Positions 60,944-64,000 of a stretch of DNA of 64,000 nucleotides are shown one piece after another (the first letter of the stretch is position 1; each line of letters starts with the position of its first letter). Source of the stretch: a bacterium (GTDB lineage Bacteria > UBA8248); NCBI GenBank assembly GCA_965213685.1, contig CBDBZY010000024.1, forward strand, positions 36,910 to 100,909, given 5' to 3'. Both the position numbers and the translations under genes were made by a program. The notes below the pieces were generated by a model. That model was not told the origin of the DNA, ran no database searches, and worked only from the letters and a program-made list of their open reading frames with translations.

Positions 60944-61728
60944 GCGCGGGCGCGCGGGAGGAACGAGCGGAAAAGAGGCCGTCGGTGCGCATCCTCATCC
61001 GGCGGGGCGGGGCGTCCCGCGATTCGGGCGCGCGCATCGACAGCTTCGAGGTCTCCCCCGCCCCGCGCATGACCATCCTCGACGCGCTGGTCGCCATCCA
61101 GAGCGCGCAGGACGCCACCCTCTCGTTCCGCTACTCCTGCCGGGTGGGCATGTGCGGCACGTGCGCCCTCAGCGTCAACGGCCGCCCCGCCTGGGCCTGC
61201 AGGACGCGGCTGGAGGGCCTGGGCGCCGAGATCAGGCTGGCGCCGCTCCCGAACTTCCCGGTGCTGCGCGACCTGGCGGTGGACATGTCGCCGTTTTTCC
61301 GGAAGATGAAAAAAGCGCGCGGCTGGCTCGAACCGACGGAGGCGGCGGGCAGGGCGCCCGCGCGGACGCCGCCCGACGCGCGCGAGCGGTTGCGCATCGA
61401 GCCGCACATCGAGTGCATCACGTGCGGCATCTGCTATGCTTCCTGCTCCATTGTAGGGCATGATGGCGACTACCTCGGGCCGGCCGCGCTCAACCGCGCC
61501 TACACGCTCGTGAACGACAGCCGCGACGCCCTGGGCGAAAAAAGACTTCTGGAGGTTTGCGCGGAGGATGGCGCCTGGCGGTGCCACTCGCAATACAACT
61601 GCACGGAGAGCTGCCCGAAGGGCATCAGCCCCACGGGCGCCATCAAGGGATTGCAACGCCGCGCGGCCGCGCAAGGCGTCAGGCAATTCGCCGTATCCAT
61701 CTTCCGGGGGAGCCCGCCCGGTTCATGA
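60940..61728 (+). CDS. Succinate dehydrogenase/fumarate reductase iron-sulfur subunit
   Basis: SCRVGMCGTC...C, CITCGICYASC, CHSQYNCTESCPKG. Confidence 0.93.
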   Translation: MSAGAREERAEKRPSVRILIRRGGASRDSGARIDSFEVSPAPRMTILDALVAIQSAQDATLSFRYSCRVGMCGTCALSVNGRPAWACRTRLEGLGAEIRLAPLPNFPVLRDLAVDMSPFFRKMKKARGWLEPTEAAGRAPARTPPDARERLRIEPHIECITCGICYASCSIVGHDGDYLGPAALNRAYTLVNDSRDALGEKRLLEVCAEDGAWRCHSQYNCTESCPKGISPTGAIKGLQRRAAAQGVRQFAVSIFRGSPPGS

Positions 61729-61748
61729 GCGCGGGGGAGGAAACCGAC

Positions 61749-62705
61749 ATGCCAACCATGGAAGCACGCGCCATCCGCAGCGAACGGATTCGGGAAGTGG
61801 CCTTCGAGCTCAACCGCCGCGCCGCCATCGGCATCCCCAGGGACGTGGGCGAGTGCATCACCGGCATGGCGGAGCGGGAGACCGAAAAACTGTCCAAATT
61901 CGTGCTCCTGGAAATCGTCAACAACTATCAGGTCGCCGTGGACGAGCAGCGCCCCATGTGCGCCGACACCGGGCTGCCGCGCTTCTACGCGAAGGTGGGG
62001 AACGAGGCGGTCATCGAGGGCGGCTTCGTGGCGCTCGAGAGAGCGGTTCGCCCAGGGAACGGCGGACGCCACCGAGCGCGTGCCCCTTGCGCCCCAACCG
62101 CGTCCACCCCATCACCCGCCGCGACTACAACAACAACGTGGGCATCCACGCTCCCACGGTGTGACTACTCGTGGGAGCCCGGCGCGGACTGGATAGAACT
62201 CACCAGCTTCCACAAGGGCGGTCTTTTCGGCGGGGATTACAGAATGCTCTTCCCCACGGACGGGATCGACGGGATCAAGCGCTTTTTTCTGGACGTGATC
62301 AGCGAGTTCTTCAAGCGCGGACTCTCCTGCCAGCCGGCCATCGTGGGCGTGGGCATCGGCGGCACCAAGGACACCTGCGTGCGCCTCGCCAAGGAGGCGG
62401 CCTGCCTGCGCGTGGTGGGCGACAGGAACCCGGACCCCGAAATCGCGCCAGCCTCGAAGAGGAGTTGAACGACCTCGGCAGGAAGACGAGCCTGGGCCCC
62501 ATGGGCTTCAAGGGAGAGGGGGCGGTGATGGACACCCACATCGAGGTGGCCCTATACCCACACTGGAGGGATGCCGATATCGATTCACCACCAGTGCTTC
62601 GCACTGCGGCGCGCCACCGCGCGCATCCACCCGGACGGAAGGGCGGAATACCGCGAGGACCCCCGGTGGTTCACCGACTACTATCGCCGCGACTCCGTCA
62701 GCTAG
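61749..62705 (+). CDS. Fe-S hydro-lyase alpha subunit (class I fumarase/tartrate dehydratase-like), several frameshifts
   Basis: RPMCADTG, PLRPN-VHP, HKGG, CQPAIVGVGIGG, LGPMGFKG, QCFALRR. Confidence 0.85.
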
Positions 62706-62751
62706 GCGGCCAGGGAGATTGGAGAGAATGGGCGGCACCGCAGACCTGCAG

Positions 62752-63422
62752 ATGAACGAGCACCGCCTCGCGGCGCCGGCGTCGCCCGAGGATTTGGCGA
62801 AACTCGCGCTGGGCGACGTCGTCTATTTCGACGGCGTGGTGTTCACCGGCAGGATTGGCCTCTACAAGAAGCTGTTCGACGAGAAGGCGCCGCCGCCCGT
62901 GGACATCTCCGCGCTCACGAACGTGACGTTCCACTGCTCGCCGGCCGTGAGACAGAACGAGTCGGGCGAATGGGAGGTGGCCGCGCGTCACGGCAACGGC
63001 GAGCCTTTCGCTTCGAGAAGCACCCTCCCCCTGCTGATGGACGCGCACGGGGGTGCGCTGCGTGATCGGCAAGGGCGGCAATGGCGCCAAAGTTCTACCG
63101 GGACCACTTCAAGCGCCTGGGCGCGGTGTTCCTGAACACGGTGGGCTACGGCATCGGCGCGCAGTATGGACGCGGCATCAACGGGCGTGCGAAACGTCTA
63201 TTGGCTCGATACGAGCTGGGCATCGCCCAGGCGATGTGGGTGTTCGAGGTGAAAAACTTCGGCCCCCTTTCTCGTGGAGTGCGACGCCCGGGGGGAGAGC
63301 CTCTACCAGATGGCGCTCGCGGAGGACGAACCGGGAGCTGGGCAAGCTCTACGAGGGTCTCCCCGCCCCCACCCTCAACGCGCCTGGGCGAGGTGCACAA
63401 CCCGGAGGACGAGGTGTTCTGA
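62752..63422 (+). CDS. Fe-S hydro-lyase beta subunit (class I fumarase/tartrate dehydratase-like), several frameshifts
   Basis: LGDVVYFDGVVFTGR, FHCSP, IGKGG, LGIAQAMWVFEVKNFGP, D-RGESLY. Confidence 0.83.
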
Positions 63423-63473
63423 TGGCGAAACGGCCGCCGTCCGGACCGAACCGCCGATGAGAGGATAAAAAAA

Positions 63474-64000
63474 TTGTCGAACGGAATCGCCTGGGTCACC
63501 ACGAGCTGGCTCAGCAGAATGGAAGACCCGATGCGCTACTTCCGGCCGCTCGAGACCGAAGCGGGACTGGAGGTGCGCATCGAATCAAACGGCGTGGACA
63601 GGACGGAGGAGGAGCTCATCGCCTCCCTGCCCGGCGTGGTCGTCACCTTCCCGAGCAACGACCCCTACAACGAGCGCACCCTGCCGGCGGGTGCGGACCT
63701 GCGGCACATCGCCAGGACGGGCGTGGGCTTCAACTCGGTCGACCTGGCCGCCGCCACGCGCCGCGGAGTGATCGTGACCAACGCGCCGGGGCAGAACTCG
63801 GACTCCGTCGCGGAACACGCCATCGGCCTCATGCTCTGCGCCGCGCGCAGAATCGCCGCCTGCGACAAAAAGATGCGCGCGGGCGCATGGGCGGGCCTGC
63901 GGGTCCCCATGTCGCCGCTGCGGGGCAAGACGCTGGGCATCATCGGGTTGGGCAACATCGGCAAGCGCGTGGCGAGGCGCGCCGTGGCCTTCGGCATGGA
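63474..64000 (+). CDS. D-2-hydroxyacid/phosphoglycerate dehydrogenase-like protein, 5' part (runs off the window)
   Basis: Manual translation gives IARTGVGFNSVD, VTNAPGQN, VAEHAIGL and GKTLGIIGLGNIGK. Not in the ORF track. Confidence 0.88.
   Translation, partial: MSNGIAWVTTSWLSRMEDPMRYFRPLETEAGLEVRIESNGVDRTEEELIASLPGVVVTFPSNDPYNERTLPAGADLRHIARTGVGFNSVDLAAATRRGVIVTNAPGQNSDSVAEHAIGLMLCAARRIAACDKKMRAGAWAGLRVPMSPLRGKTLGIIGLGNIGKRVARRAVAFGM

Noticed and set aside
58797-61728. Calling these genes sdhA/sdhC/sdhB or nadB
   Set aside because: The covalent-FAD His and substrate Thr motifs are altered, so gene symbols are withheld.

Overview
This is a GC-rich bacterial chromosomal window with about 58 CDSs and one tRNA-Leu(GAG). 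I see no transposase, integrase, phage genes, cas genes or rRNA, and the taxonomy cannot be fixed from the sequence alone. Housekeeping genes (aroA, tenA, tag, rimI, pgi, gap-pgk-tpiA-secG, def) sit among many catabolic and transport genes. The two best candidates for uncharacterised systems are TCA-like paralogous modules with altered active-site motifs. The first (58.8-64 kb) is a SdhA/FrdA/TfrA-like flavoprotein plus a membrane anchor, an Fe-S subunit, a split Fe-S hydro-lyase and a D-2-hydroxyacid dehydrogenase. The second (5.1-14.7 kb) is a TAXI-TRAP transporter plus a VOC enzyme, a hydroxyacid dehydrogenase, a PrpC-like synthase, an aconitase and a PrpF-family isomerase, preceded by a long, apparently structured 5' leader. 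Other oddities are three tandem paralog pairs, a Fic protein with an unrecognised C-terminal domain, an oxoprolinase-like B subunit lacking its usual metal motifs, two repeat-spacer-repeat units in one intergenic region, and an ABC transporter between secG and tRNA-Leu(GAG). Many genes at 34-37 kb and 56-63.4 kb are frameshifted, mostly at homopolymers, and these are most likely sequencing/assembly indels. All product calls come from motif recognition by eye, not database searches.
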